A DNA stretch of 64,000 nt, from contig CATNEN010000039.1 of NCBI GenBank assembly GCA_950097015.1, positions 1,364,001 to 1,428,000 on the forward strand, read 5' to 3'. The notes below the pieces were generated by a model. It did not search any database and was not told the origin of the DNA. It worked only from the letters and a program-made list of their open reading frames with translations. This stretch comes from Macrostomum hystrix. Taxonomy: Eukaryota > Animalia > Platyhelminthes. Position numbers and translations under genes: made by a program. The stretch's first letter is position 1. Every line of letters starts with the position of its first letter. Shown in pieces: positions 1-13,400 of the stretch.

Positions 1-1961
1 AATGGGATTTAGGTTAGAAATAAGAGAATAATGGCATTTAGGTTAGAAATACGAGAATAATGGGATTTAGGTTAGAAATAAGAGAACAATGGGATTTAGG
101 TTAGAAATAAGAGAACAATGAAATTAGTTTAGAAATAAGAGAATAATGGGATTTAGGTTAGAAATAAGAGAACAATGGCATTTAGGTTAGAAATAAGAGA
201 ACAATGGGATTTAGGTTAGAAATAAGAGAACAATGGCATTTAGGTTAGAAATAAGAGAACAATGGGATTTAGGTTAGAAATAAGAGAACAATGGGATTTA
301 GTTTAGAAATAAGAGAACAATGGGATTTAGGTTAGAAATAAGAGAACAATGGGATTTAGTTTAGAAATAAGAGAACAATGGGATTTAGGTTAGAAATAAG
401 AGAACAATGGGATTTAGTTTAGAAATAAGAGAACAATGGGATTTAGGATAGAAATAAGAGAACAATGAAATTAGTTTAGAAATAAGAGAATAATGGGATT
501 TAGGTTAGAAATAAGAGAACAATGGCATTTAGGTTAGAAATAAGAGAACAATGGGATTTAGGTTAGAAATGAGAGAACAATGGGATTTAGTTTAGAAATA
601 AGAGAATAATGACATTTAGGTTACAAATAAGAGAATAATGGGATTTAGGTTAGAAATAAGAGAATAATGGGATTTAGGTTAGAAATAAGAGAACAATGGC
701 ATTTAGGTTAGAAATTAGAGAACAATGGGATTTAGGTTAGAAATAAGAGAACAATGGGATTTAGGTTAGAAATTAGAGAACAATGGGATTTAGTTTAGAA
801 ATAAGAGAACAATGGGATTTAGGTTAGAAATAAGAGAACAATGGGATTTAGGTTAGAAATAAGAGAACAGTGGGATTTAGGTTAGAAATAAGAGAATAAT
901 GGGATTTAGGTTAGAAATAAGAGAATAATGGGATTTAGGTTAGAAATAAATAAGAGAACAATGGAATTTAGGTTAGAAATAAGAGAACAATGGGATTTAG
1001 GTTAGAAATAAGAGAACAATGGGATTTAGGTTAGAAATTAGAGAACAATGGGATTTAGGTTAGAAATAAGAGAACAATGGGATTTAGGTTAGAAATTAGA
1101 GAACAATGGGATTTAGTTTAGAAATAAGAGAACAATGGGATTTAGGTTAGAAATAAATAAGAGAACAATGGGATTTAGGTTAGAAATAAGAGAACAATGG
1201 GATTTAGGTTAGAAATAAGAGAACAATGGGATTTAGGTTAGAAATAAATAAGAGAATAATGGGATTTAGGTTAGAAATAAGAGAACAATGGGATTTAGGT
1301 TAGAAATAAGAGAACAGTGGGATTTAGGTTAGAAATAAGAGAATAATGGGATTTAGGTTAGAAATAAGAGAATAATGGGATTTAGGTTAGAAATAAATAA
1401 GAGAACAATGGGATTTAGGTTAGAAATAAGAGAACAATGGGATTTAGGTTAGAAATAAGAGAACAATGGGATTTAGGTTAGAAATTAGAGAACAATGGGA
1501 TTTAGGTTAGAAATAAGAGAACAATGGGATTTAGGTTAGAAATTAGAGAACAATGGGATTTAGTTTAGAAATAAGAGAACAATGGGATTTAGGTTAGAAA
1601 TAAATAAGAGAACAATGGGATTTAGGTTAGAAATAAGAGAACAATGGGATTTAGGTTAGAAATAAGAGAACAATGGGATTTAGGTTAGAAATAAATAAGA
1701 GAATAATGGGATTTAGGTTAGAAATAAGAGAACAATGGGATTTAGGTTAGAAATAAGAGAACAATGGGATTTAGGTTAGAAATAAGAGAACAATGGGATT
1801 TAGGTTAGAAATAAGAGAATAATGGGATTTAGGTTAGAAATAAGAGAACAATGGGATTTAGGTTAGAAATAAGAGAACAATGGGATTTAGGTTAGAAATA
1901 AATAAGAGAACAATGGGATTTAGGTTAGAAATAAGAGAACAATGGGATTTAGGTTAGAAAT
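1..1961. repeat. 29-bp minisatellite (AATGGGATTTAGGTTAGAAATAAGAGAAC)n, runs off window start
   Basis: Directly visible tandem array with point variants and occasional +AATA copies. Confidence 0.97.
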
Positions 1962-2700
1962 GTAATGAGGGATCTACATTAGAAATGAGATATTATTGGG
2001 AATTCACTACAAATGGGAAATCTGAGCAGTAGGTTAAAGTGAGTGAGTTACAGTTAAATAAACCTGAAAAGCACAGATGCCGAAGATAATTTTAGACAAA
2101 CAAACCTAAGCTTCATTTTACTTGCGAAAAAAACTGGCTGAATGGACCAAATTATAAACGGCAGAGCAACAAAAATACTACTCGCGGGCCCTACAAAGTA
2201 GTAGTACAGCAAAAACCAAACGCTAATGGGACGACGCGCAAAAGGCGACCAGCTGAATAAGTTTCTAAGAAACCACTGTACATAATTGACTCCACGAATG
2301 AAAAAAGCAGCGCTATGATGAATAAGAAAGCAAGAAAATATAGAACTAAGCATATAAATTATACAATGTGCAACCCACAATAGGAAATGACTCAAACGCA
2401 CAGCGCGAATTACAGTTAAATTAGTAGGCATAAGACTAAATGCAAATGACTTAGTGACAATGCGAAAACTGGAAACTGCGAAAAGTGAAAACTGGACTAG
2501 GTCGGCTCAAATGTAATTCAACACTCGAAAGAGCCTACTCATAGTAGCCAGTATAGAGTGGGAAAGCCAGGTTGCGGTGCGATATTTAGGAAAATGAGTT
2601 GCTAGAAAATATGAAAAAACCTGGTGAACGGTGACTGATGCTGAACCTTATCTGTGACCACTGTGAACAATTTTTTCATTGGTCCCGAAGTCACGGAGCT

Positions 2701-5342
2701 TCACATCGAAGATGCGCCGCCAACGCTAGAAGTAGACGCCGTCTGCTGCCGCTGCTGCCGGTGGTGTGCACACTTTGAGCATAGCGGCTCTGGCAGCGGC
2801 TGAGCGGCAGCTTCCGTATCCAGGGAGGCGCCCGCCTCGGAGCCGGCGTCTGACTCGGAGAGGTCGCGGGTCAGCCGGTCCCGCTTGACGCTTTCGTCGT
2901 CCAGCCGGCGGCGCAGGCAGGCGTTCTCGGCCAGGAGGCTGCGCTCGTCCCGCTCCAGGCGCGACATGCTGGCCCGGTGACCCGCCTCTGCTGAGTCCAG
3001 TTGCCGGCGTAGGCTGCTCAGGTCCGCCTTGAGCTGGTTGATGTGGCTGGCCATGGCGTCCGCATCATCCAGGCTGCACTCCACCTGAGCAGCAGGTGAG
3101 GACTGGGGAGTTAATATGGGAAATTCAAAGCCCGGCTTGAGTAGAGCGAGACACTGATTAGATAATTGACTCAGATTACTGATCGTTTTGTGACGGAATG
3201 GGAGCTGATGACCGAGAGGTCAGGAGTTCAAACCTCAGCCTAAAGCAAACAATTTTTCCACGAGCAAGACATTCAATTGTATAGTGCTTGAGGTTGAGGC
3301 GGCCTCCCGCCAGTCCATGGACTGAGCAGCTGTACACAGCTTTTAGATGCGCCGCGCAATAGCTGGGGCTGTGGCACTAGCTGCACACGTGACCTAAAGC
3401 GAACCACAAATGTTGACGCAGCACAGCGGGGGTCGGTGGCAAAGCGGTTAACACGCGTGTCTCGGGCACCACGGTCCCTAAGTTCGGCGAGGCCACATTT
3501 ATTTGTGGCGCAGCTGCGGAGAGAAGGCTTTGGGGGCTTGACGTGCAATTTGCGCCCTTGAGGGCCAACCTCCAAGGCACAGTGAAATGTTCACTGCCTG
3601 ACGATGAGAAAGTCAGGGCAGATGTACACACCTGTGAGAGCGTATGCCTGCGTACAGTATCTGTGTGCGTGTGTGCTCAAGAGTCAGCGAAATGGGCAGA
3701 ATTGCCTTCTCGCTGGCTGCGGGTCTAGTGTCACTAAATGATGTGCCATTGCCCGCAGCCCTCCTGCAATTATTATTATTATTTGAGGCAGCACAGCTCA
3801 CCTGCATGTCGGAGGTGCTAGACAGTCGCCGCTGCTGCAGCTGCTGGTCTCCGTCCAGGCGCCTCTGCAGGCTCTTCTTTTCAGCCTCCAGCTTCTCCAT
3901 TCGCTTCCAAAGGCGATTCACCAGCGACTCCTGTGTGGAAATTTTTTAACAGTTGAAGGAGCTAAATGCACAGCTATCGGGTAATCGGCACGAGCAACTA
4001 ACGCCATATTGAAGTAATAAAATGCCTCTTATTTATTTTTGTAGGGCCACAGACCGCTGCTCACCTGCTCCTGCTCCAGGGAGTTCTCTAGCGCCACCTT
4101 CTCCTGCCTGAGCTGATCCAGAGCTGCCTGCTTGGCGCAGACCTCGTGCTCCAGCTTTTCAATGCGTTTCAGCAGCTTGTTGACCTGCGCCTCCTGCTCG
4201 CGCTCCAGCTGGGCCTCCAGGTCCACCTTCTCCTGCTGCAGCTTGCACAGCCGCCTGGTCAGGTCGTTGGTAAGGTGCTCCTCCTCCTGCTCGTAGCTGT
4301 GCGCCAGGCGCTCCTTCTCCTGCTGCAGGCTCTGGATCTTCTTCAGCATCGTGTTGGTGATGAACTCCTCCTCCTGCTCCGCCTGGGCCTGGATGCTGAC
4401 GCTGGCCCGGCGCAGAGTCTGGTTCTCCTGCTGCAGCGACTTCACGCGCAGCTTCAGCGTTTCAACTTCCATGCGAAGGACGCGCTTCTCCTGGGTGCCC
4501 CAATGGGAGAGCGGGATGGTCACTGTGCTGTGCCAGCTGAGTGAAATGGCCAGGAAGTGAGGGGTGGTGGTCACTGTGCTGTGCCAGCTGAGTGAAATGG
4601 CCAGGGAGTGAGGGGTGGTGGTCACTGTGCTGTGCCAGCTGAGTGAAATGGCCAGGGAGTGAGGGGTGGTGGTCACTGTGCTGTGCCAGCTGAGTGAAAT
4701 GGCCAGGGAGTGAGGGGTGATGGTCACTGTGCTCTGCCAGCTGAGTGAAATGGCCAGGAAGTGAGGGGTGGTGGTCACTGTGCTGTGCCAGCTGAGTGAA
4801 ATGGCCAGGAAGTGAGGGGTGGGTGGTCACTGTGCTGTGCCAGCTGAGTGAAATGGCCAGGGAGTGAGGGGTGGTGGTCACTGTGCTGTGCCAGCTGAGT
4901 GAAATGGCCAGGGAGTGAGGGGTGATGGTCACTGTGCTGTGCCAGCTGAGTGAAATGGCCAGGAAGTGAGGGGTGGGTGGTCACTGTGCTGTGCCAGCTG
5001 AGTGAAATGGCCAGGGAGTGAGGGGTGGTGGTCACTGTGCTGTGCCAGCTGAGTGAAATGGCCAGGGAGTGAGGGGTGATGGTCACTGTGCTGTGCCAGC
5101 TGAGTGAAATGGCCAATGGGAGAGAAGTCAAATTTGTATCATGACTAAAAATCAATATTGAATTAAAACACAATGATAGAATTTAAGCAATCAGAAAATG
5201 GTATACAAGCTATTGGATATTGTACCTGCAAAAGAGAGTCCATCCTGCATTTGAGTGACTCAAGGCTGAGTCCAGCTGACATGCTACCATCTATTGATGA
5301 TGTGTCAGACTCTGAGGCACTGTCACACTGCATAGTGGCCAT
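2701..5342 (-). CDS. CCDC6: Coiled-coil domain-containing protein 6 homolog, about 351 aa; exons 5342-5226, 4490-4065, 3930-3802, 3084-2701
   Basis: All introns GT-AG phase 0. The spliced protein has CCDC6 hallmarks: N-terminal [63 protein letters not shown]. Confidence 0.93.
3180..3365 (+). mobile_element. tRNA-derived SINE family 2 copy (degenerate), in CCDC6 intron 3
   Basis: B-box-like TGACCGAGAGGTCAGGAGTTCAAACCTC and tail GCCAGTCCATGGACTGAGCAGCTGTACACAGC, both shared with 51060-51325; the tail also occurs at about 22105-22170. Confidence 0.55.
3429..3784 (+). mobile_element. tRNA-derived SINE family 1 copy, antisense in CCDC6 intron 3
   Basis: A-box TGGCAAAGCGG, partial B-box AGTTCG, (TTA)n tail at 3769-3784; clearly homologous to 7769-8078 on the opposite strand. 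Confidence 0.75.
4518..5115. repeat. 51-bp minisatellite (about 12 copies) filling CCDC6 intron 1
   Basis: Unit GGTCACTGTGCTGTGCCAGCTGAGTGAAATGGCCAGGGAGTGAGGGGTGGT. Confidence 0.96.
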
Positions 5343-7427
5343 TTTAGTTTTTAGTATCTGGAAAAATATAATATATTTGGATGAAAATAGACACTGCTGT
5401 ATATAATAGGCAAAAAAGTATTCATATATATAAATAAATTCTTAAAAAATAAAATGAACAAGGCTTTCAATATATATATATAGGCTAAGGCTTAACAAGT
5501 CTTCATGAAATTAATAATAAATAATATGGTAATGTATGGTCGAATCTTTATCAAAATAATAAAATAAGAATATAAGAACAAATATTAACTACCCTAGCCT
5601 AAAATACCAAATTCTGTTGTAGTGAAAAAAATACTGAAAAAAGTACAACTTGAAACTGGCAATTTACTTATATTTATCACTATAAAGAAGTTGCCAAAAC
5701 TGGCATTATAAGTTTATAACATGAGTTTGAATTTAATGTCTGAAACTAGAGGATAGGATTGCCAAAACTGCTAGCAATGCATACTTTTTTAGAAATAATT
5801 GGTGCTGGGGGGCACAGGGCACTAAATTTTTGGATTAATTGGCCTAGGCCTACTCTAAACATATTAGTTAGGAAGTGTTAATAATTAATTGAACTTTATA
5901 GCTTTAGCTTTAAGCTTTCATTTATTTAATTTACATTTACATTTATTGGAAAAATTCCATATTGATAATTTGATTGTACCTTTGTTCTGCAACATTAGCT
6001 AGGCTAGGCCTACTATTTAATTTAAATTAAATAATCCTTCACTTAAATATAAATCTAGGTGAAAGAACAGGCCTACTGGTAGACCTACTGGTAGTTTACA
6101 TACTATTCTGATAGCGAGTCATAATAGTTAGTATAACTATAACAGATCATAAGCTTGAATCTACTATCTTGCTCATGGACTGGCTTCTGATTGTTAGCCT
6201 TCCTAAGTACTTCAAACAAAATGAATATAACACACACACACTAAACAGTATTGACCGAACGTGCGACAGCATTGAAAAAACGATTTGCATACGTTGTTTA
6301 TTTGTGCATCAATTTCAAAGACGAATTTGTAAACCAAAAATGAAAAAAACTTTTTTTTGTTCACTAGGCACCCCGAACGCTGCTTCTTAAGTTTTATGTT
6401 TGTTATACTGCACAAAACTGCGCTTGGTGGTTTTCAAACAATAACGCAATATCTCAAATTCTTAGAAGGCATACCTTGTATGGATGGATCTAATGGGATC
6501 CATCTGTGGAATATTTTTTATTGCTTGAAAAAAACCAAAGATCATACTAAGATATTTTGCTTATCTGGACAAACATTGCACTTAGTATATGCTTCTGTAG
6601 TAATATTATTATATGTCGAATTTCAAATTCATATTTTAGTCATTCTTTCCCATTATTGATTTAACTCCTCTAGAGTCTCGTTATGGAATATAGTTTTTTA
6701 AAGAAACCAAACCGGTTAAAAAAACTGGTTGAGACATACATTACCAGCTAAAATTTCATTGGCATATACTACATATTGATATAGGCAGTAGTTATAGCTA
6801 GCTATATGTACTTACAACAAAAAAATATAGTTAAATATTAAAATACTTATTGTCATTAGAGGTTTAGATTTTTTCTCAGACAATTTATTAATAAGGCATG
6901 AAATAGACTATTAAAAAGAACTATTTAAATATATGACTCTTTTCATCTTTTCAGTTGCTTGCTATTGTTTTAGGCCATCAGCTCTCCTCTATGAGAAACA
7001 ATTAATTGTCTTCATTAAAGCCCAGTTGATCATTGACTTACATAACAATGACTGTTTTTTACAAGTATGAGTGGTCTTCTAAAACTTGATCTTTAGTATT
7101 CGTTACCTTCTTTGGCTTATTGTCTTTGCTAGCTAATCTAGTATAAATAGTTTTCGAAATTGTCATCATTTTAGATATAATATAATGTATTCAACAACTC
7201 AGTTTTTTAAAACCTATGGGGTAAAACCTTTTTCACTCCATAATTAAGACTTTTTTTTCTAGATAATCACCAAATTTTTTAAATATGTTTGCATATTTAT
7301 GCAGTTGTTTGTCTTTAGTGTCACAATGTAACACTTAAATATATGCTATTGCATAGAAGTAAGATGGAGATTAAGTTCTTGAGATGAGCAAAGTTACAAG
7401 GATCCGATGCCTTGATTCCAATGCAGC
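5343..7427. promoter_or_regulatory. AT-rich divergent intergenic region, probable shared promoter and 5' leader introns of CCDC6 and FAM102
   Basis: Head-to-head start codons about 2.1 kb apart; small CpG-retaining patch at about 6250-6450; splice acceptors just upstream of both ATGs. Confidence 0.5.
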
Positions 7428-10400
7428 ATGTTCACCTGCTTGCGCCCAGCAACCAGCAGCAGCAATGGGGGCCCACTGGACTGCGACACTCGCATTGCCA
7501 CCAATGACGCCTCTGCACCCGCCTCCTGCCTCAGGCGTCAGAAGCGGCGGCACAAGTTTCTGGTTCGCCTGACACTCAAGGAACTGGAAGGCGTGACGCT
7601 CAGCAACGGGGTGCTGTTCGCCAAGATGCGCCTGGTATCCGGCGGCCGCTTCTGCCAGTACTCCAGCCGTTGCGTCATTCGCAACAATAAGGTGGGTTCC
7701 CAGGCTTGCTCAGGCTGGAAATCTCCGACTTGACTGTGCAGCTCTGTGAACTGAAGGGAATTCAATGTCTTGCAGGTGGACTGTGGGCAATTGCACATCA
7801 TTAGGTGACGCTAGACCCGCAGCCAGTGAGGAGGTAACTCTGCCCATTCTGCTGACTCCTGCGCACAGACACACACAGATGCAGAACTCAGGAACACACC
7901 CACACAGGGTGTGTACATCTGCCCTGACTTTTTCATCGTCAGGCAGTGTACACTTCTACTGTGCCTTGGAAGCCCCCAAGCGTTGTCTACGCGGCTGGGC
8001 TCAAATGTGGCCTCGCCACGGAATCGAGCTCAGGCACCTTGGCGCGAGAGGCAAACGCGAAAGACCGCTCTGCCGACTTTTTACCCACCAGATTCTCAGG
8101 TCCATTCTTGACTATGATTTTTCTCTTTGGTGTGGAATATGCAGGTTTACATTGCCCCAATCTCCGCAGGTCACGTGGCTGACCGAGGCCGGCCTGCCAG
8201 ACGCCACCTACGAGTTCCCCTGCCGCATGACGTCATCGGCGGAGACCGGCGTGCTTCACTCGTGCCTGCTGCGCGTCTCCCTTCGCAAGGAGGTGCGCGG
8301 TGGCCGCTCCTACAGCAAGCTGGGCTTCGTGAACCTGGACCTGGCCCAGTACGGCCACTGCTCGGCGCCCGAGGAGCGAGCCTTCATCCTAACGCCATAC
8401 AGTCCGAACCAGAGGCTGGACAACTCGACACTGCGGCTCAGCCTGTGCCTGCGCAGCCTCCGCGGTGACCCTATCTACCGAGCCACCGACTGCGCCCGCC
8501 AGAGCGTCGGCTCCAGCTGCGGCGCCGACTCTGCCGGTGAGGCCACCACCGATTTGGCATCCGACGAGGCGTTAACTGCGTCAGCGGTCGCCATGGCACC
8601 GGTATCGGTTTCGGCAACGCAGCAGCAGCAGCAATTGCTGTTACTGCAAGGACCGAGACACTGCCGAAATCTTTCCAGCTTCTCGGCCGTGAGCTCACAC
8701 AGCCGGACTGGCAGCGGAGTCGGTTTGGAATTTGCCAGGTGAGGCGACTAGAGGGCAAATAGGGCGTCTGAGATCACCACGGCCCCTTTAACAACTGGAG
8801 AGTGTAGCTGCAGTCCCTTTAACAATTGGAGAGTGTAGCTGCAGCCCCTTTAACAATTGGAGAGTGTAGCTGCAGCCCCTTTAACAATTGGAGAGTGTAG
8901 CTGCAGTCCCTTTAACAATTGGAGAGTGTAGCTGCAGTCCCTTTAACAATTGGAGAGTGTAGCTGCAGCCCCTTTAACAATTGGAGAGTGTAGCTGCAGC
9001 CCCTTTAACAATTGGAGAGTGTAGCTGCAGCCCCTTTAACAATTGGAGAGTGTAGCTGCAGCCCCTTTAACAATTGGAGAGTGTAGCTGCAGCCCCTTTA
9101 ACAATTGGAGAGTGTAGCTGCAGTCCCTTTAACAATTGGAGAGTGTAGCTGCAGCCCCTTTAACAATTGGAGAGTGTAGCTGCAGCCCCTTTAACAATTG
9201 GAGAGTGTAGCTGCAGCCCCTTTAACAATTGGAGAGTGTAGCTGCAGTCCCTTTAACAATTGGAGAGTGTAGCTGCAGTCCCTTTAACAATTGGAGAGTG
9301 TAGCTGCAGCCCCTTTAACAATTGGAGAGTGTAGCTGCAGCCCCTTTAACAATTGGAGAGTGTAGCTGCAGTCCCTTTAACAATTGGAGAGTGTAGCTGC
9401 AGTCCCTTTAACAATTGGAGAGTGTAGCTGCAGCCCCTTTAACAATTGGAGAGTGTAGCTGCAGTCCCTTTAACAATTGGAGAGTGTAGCTGCAGCCCCT
9501 TTAACAATTGGAGAGTGTAGCTGCAGTCCCTTTAACAATTGGAGAGTGTAGCTGCAGTCCCTTTAACAATTGGAGAGTGTAGCTGCAGCCCCTTTAACAA
9601 TTGGAGAGTGTAGCTGCAGTCCCTTTAACAATTGGAGAGTGTAGCTGCAGCCCCTTTAACAATTGGAGAGTGTAGCTGCAGCCCCTTTAACAATTGGAGA
9701 GTGTAGCTGCAACTACACTCCAGAAACAGACAACTGGCTGAGGTTGCTTATCTAACTAATTTGGTCTGTTCGGAACACACTGAATGTATTGAACTACAAA
9801 AATAAAGAAAGCGTCATTTGCAAGCAATTGCAGCTGTGCACTGCTATATGATTGCAATTTGGAAAGCATTCGTCAAAGACTATTCTGCGATAGAGAATCG
9901 CTCTGTAAAAGTGCAAAGTCAGTCAAGTGCATGCTCACCCGGTGTCAGTTATGCCAACTCTTCTGCGAGTTGGAATAGCGAAAATCATAATTTCTGTTCG
10001 CTGGCCTAGTTGGAAAGCGTTTTCATTGCAATTCTGGCATCCCTGGATACACAATCACACACTCTCACACTGTGTTATCAGCCAGCCAGCTATTTAGACT
10101 GTTGCTAGTGGTGTCGCATCTCTCAAATAGGTATTTTTCAACTCTCTGTCACCGTGCATCAGGTTGAGCCGATAAGCAAGCTCAGAAAACAGGTTTACAA
10201 GCAAGGCAATAAAATTATGATTGATAGCATGGCGTTAAATCGCATTACACTGCACCACTATTTATAGATCCTCCGCAAGTACTTTTACATTGCGCCATTC
10301 TGAAACTTTAAGACAGTTTTTGCGGGCTAAGTGCCCTTGTATAATTAACTGTTTTACGACTATCCTATCCTTGAGCAGTTCTTGACTCCCCTATCCTATC

Positions 10401-13400
10401 CTTGAGCAGTCCCCTATCCTATCCTTGAGCAGTTCTTGACTTCCCTATCCTATCCTTGAGCAGTCCCCTATCCTATCCTTGAGCAGTTCTTGACTTCCCT
10501 ATCCTATCCTTGAGCAGTCCCCTATCCTATCCTTGAGCAATTCTCGACTCCCCTATCCTATCCTTGAGCAGTCCCCTATCCTATCCTTGAGCAGTCCCCT
10601 ATCCTATCCTTGAGCAGTCCCCTATCCTATCCTTGAGCAGTCCCCTATCCTATCCTTGAGCAGTTCTCGACTCCCCTATCCTATCCTTGAACAGTTCTCG
10701 ACTCCCCTATCCTATCCTTGAGCAGTTCTCGACTCCCCTATCCTATCCTTGAGCAGTTCTCGACTCCCCTATCCTATCCTTGAGCAGTTCTCGACTCCCC
10801 TATCCTATCCTTGAGCAGTCCCCTATCCTATCCTTGAGCAGTCCCCTATCCTATCCTTGAGCAGTTCTCGACTCCCCTATCCTATCCTTGAGCAGTCCCC
10901 TATCCTATCCTTGAGCAGTCCCCTATCCTATCCTTGAGCAGTCCCCTATCCTATCCTTGAGCAGTCCCCTATCCTATCCTTGAGCAGTCCCCTATCCTAT
11001 CCTTGAGCAGTCCCCTATCCTATCCTTGAGCAGTTCTCGACTCCCCTATCCTATCCTTGAACAGTTCTCGACTCCCCTATCCTATCCTTGAGCAGTTCTC
11101 GACTCCCCTATCCTATCCTTGAGCAGTTCTCGACTCCCCTATCCTATCCTTGAGCAGTTCTCGACTCCCCTATCCTATCCTTGAACAGTCCCCTATCCTA
11201 TCCTTCCCTGCTTCCCTGCTCTATGTTAGAATATTTCTTCCGAAACATATCACCATGCTCAAAACCAGAGTCCACAATAAGTTATTTTGGAAATGGCATC
11301 CAGGCTGCTTGTCGGTGAGCTGTATGTTATTCTCAATCTGCAATTCCCGATATTAGATCTCCTTTAAATTCGAGTCTTCCAAATTTTGTGTCGAAGGAGG
11401 CATGTAGTTTTAGGGTATTCAGTATGGGAATTATCCTCAAGTTCAGACCAAGCGATTTCCCAGACACCAGGTGAAGTGATGAGGCGCATTAGAGGGTGAC
11501 GGGCTGATTGACAGGCCGGCTGGCTAGCCAGAGTGACGGGAAAAGTTTCCCAGGCAAGGGGAATAAAAGCATTCAGATTAGTGGGTGCATTTCGTGCCCA
11601 TGCCGGATGAGGCGGATAATCTCCTCTTGTTTGCCTCCCCCTGCGGTGTCTGCGGGGATGTGGCCAGTTGTTTATCAAGGATTATATTATCGACCAGACT
11701 TGCCGGGTAGGGCCGCTACCGAGTCCGTCGCTCGCAGTGGCTGCTCCTTCCATCTTCGTGGCTCCCCAACTCGATTAATTCTTACCTTCAAGCGGCTTCC
11801 CGGAGTCTTCCAATCTCGCAGAGTGCCAGCCCTTCTCACCCCATCTTGTGTTAATCAGGTCCTGCGGATAGTTACCGAGAATGCAATACGAAAAGTAGAC
11901 GTAATAGTTTATGCAGGGGCTGGGGGCGCTGACGCATTGATTGGCAAGCAGGAAGCGATTCGGTCATTGCGCTGACACAGGGGTACACATGTACATCTGC
12001 CCCGACAATGTTGATATTTCACAGCCATCTCCAACCCCACCTTTCAAGGCCCGGCAGCGTCTCGGGTCTCAGCAACGGACTGGCGGAGCTTGTCGCTGCT
12101 GACCACACCCACAGCCTGGAGAGACCCAGGGTGAGTCTGTGATGGAATTCTAGTTAACTGGGTTTTGGGCATCTGCAAATAGATCAACTTCAGGTAGGAG
12201 ATTGGCGCTCTGAGCACTGAGGGATGGGACAGTGGCCCTCCTGAGCTTCACTGAGAGATGGGGACAGTGGCTCAGTTCACAGGCGGCTGGGAGATCTAGA
12301 AGATGAATGGAGTGACATGCGGCTGGGAGATCTAGAAGATGAATGGAGTGACAGGCAGCTGGGAGATCTAGAAGACGAATGGAGTGACAGGCAGCTGGGA
12401 GATCTAGAAGACGAATGGAGTGACAGGCGGCTGGGAGAGCTAGAAGACGAATGGAGTGACATGCGGCAGGGAGATCTAGAAGATGAATGGAGTGACAGGC
12501 GGCTGGGAGAGCTAGAAGACGAATGGAGTGACATGCGGCAGGGAGATCTAGAAGATGAATGGAGTGACAGGCGGCTGGGAGAGCTAGAAGACGAATGGAG
12601 TGACAGGCAGCTGGGAGATCTAGAAGACGAATGGAGTGACAGGCAGCTGGGAGAGCTAGAAGACGAATGGAGTGACAGGCGGCTGGGAGAGCTAGAAGAC
12701 GAATGGAGTGACAGGCGGCTGGGAGATCTAGAAGGAAGAGCCGAGCAGTTGCACTTATGAGTTGCGAACAGGCGGCCTTGATCCCAAATCCCCCTGTGAC
12801 AGAGGATCTTGCCAGCTCATCCGCCTCATCCTGACGCACGCATTCTGTCTCCTTTATCTCGTGTGTCCGTGGTTCCCTTTTTAATCTATTGAATTCCCTG
12901 CAGTCTGCTGCTTGGTGAATTTATTAGTGCCTTTGATTCTCCCCCGCTTCTCGTTGCCCAGCTTCTACCGTCCAGTGTCGGAGCCTCTTCAATAAATCTG
13001 AATTGTGTCTTGCATTCCCTAGTGGTTTGCAGCGGAGCAACTGCGTGGCCTCTTCTTTCTTGTCTCTGCTCTCCCTCTGTGCTTAGACCTTTTTCATGGC
13101 TGTCATGCAAGCATCGTACAAATCCTTTTTATTTATGATGATCATCGAATACAACTAAATAGTGACACCTGTGAATGTTCCGTGCCGTCTTATCGCAGTG
13201 AAGTGTGTCAGCGCTGCTGTTTGCGATGCGCATCAATTGCCTTCTGTGTGGGTCGGGAAAAGTTCTTAGCATTGTAGTGAGGTGGTTGTCAGCACCGCAT
13301 TAGGCAATGTACACATGTGCATGTGCTTTTATAAAGAGGAAAAGTGAGGCGGGTGTCAGCGCCGCTGGAGTTAATGTACATTTCTGTGTAGACTTTTTCA

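Noticed and set aside
1-1961. Telomere-like TTAGG motif
   Set aside because: The motif is embedded in a 29-bp unit, is not a pure telomeric tract, and has the wrong strand orientation for a left chromosome end.
3595-3622. Hammerhead ribozyme core (CTGACGA..GAAA)
   Set aside because: There is no room for stem II, and the second SINE copy differs. It is a simple hairpin.
12772-12834. Alternative last exon of FAM102
   Set aside because: Phase-compatible but without family similarity. 13878-14003 carries the conserved motif.
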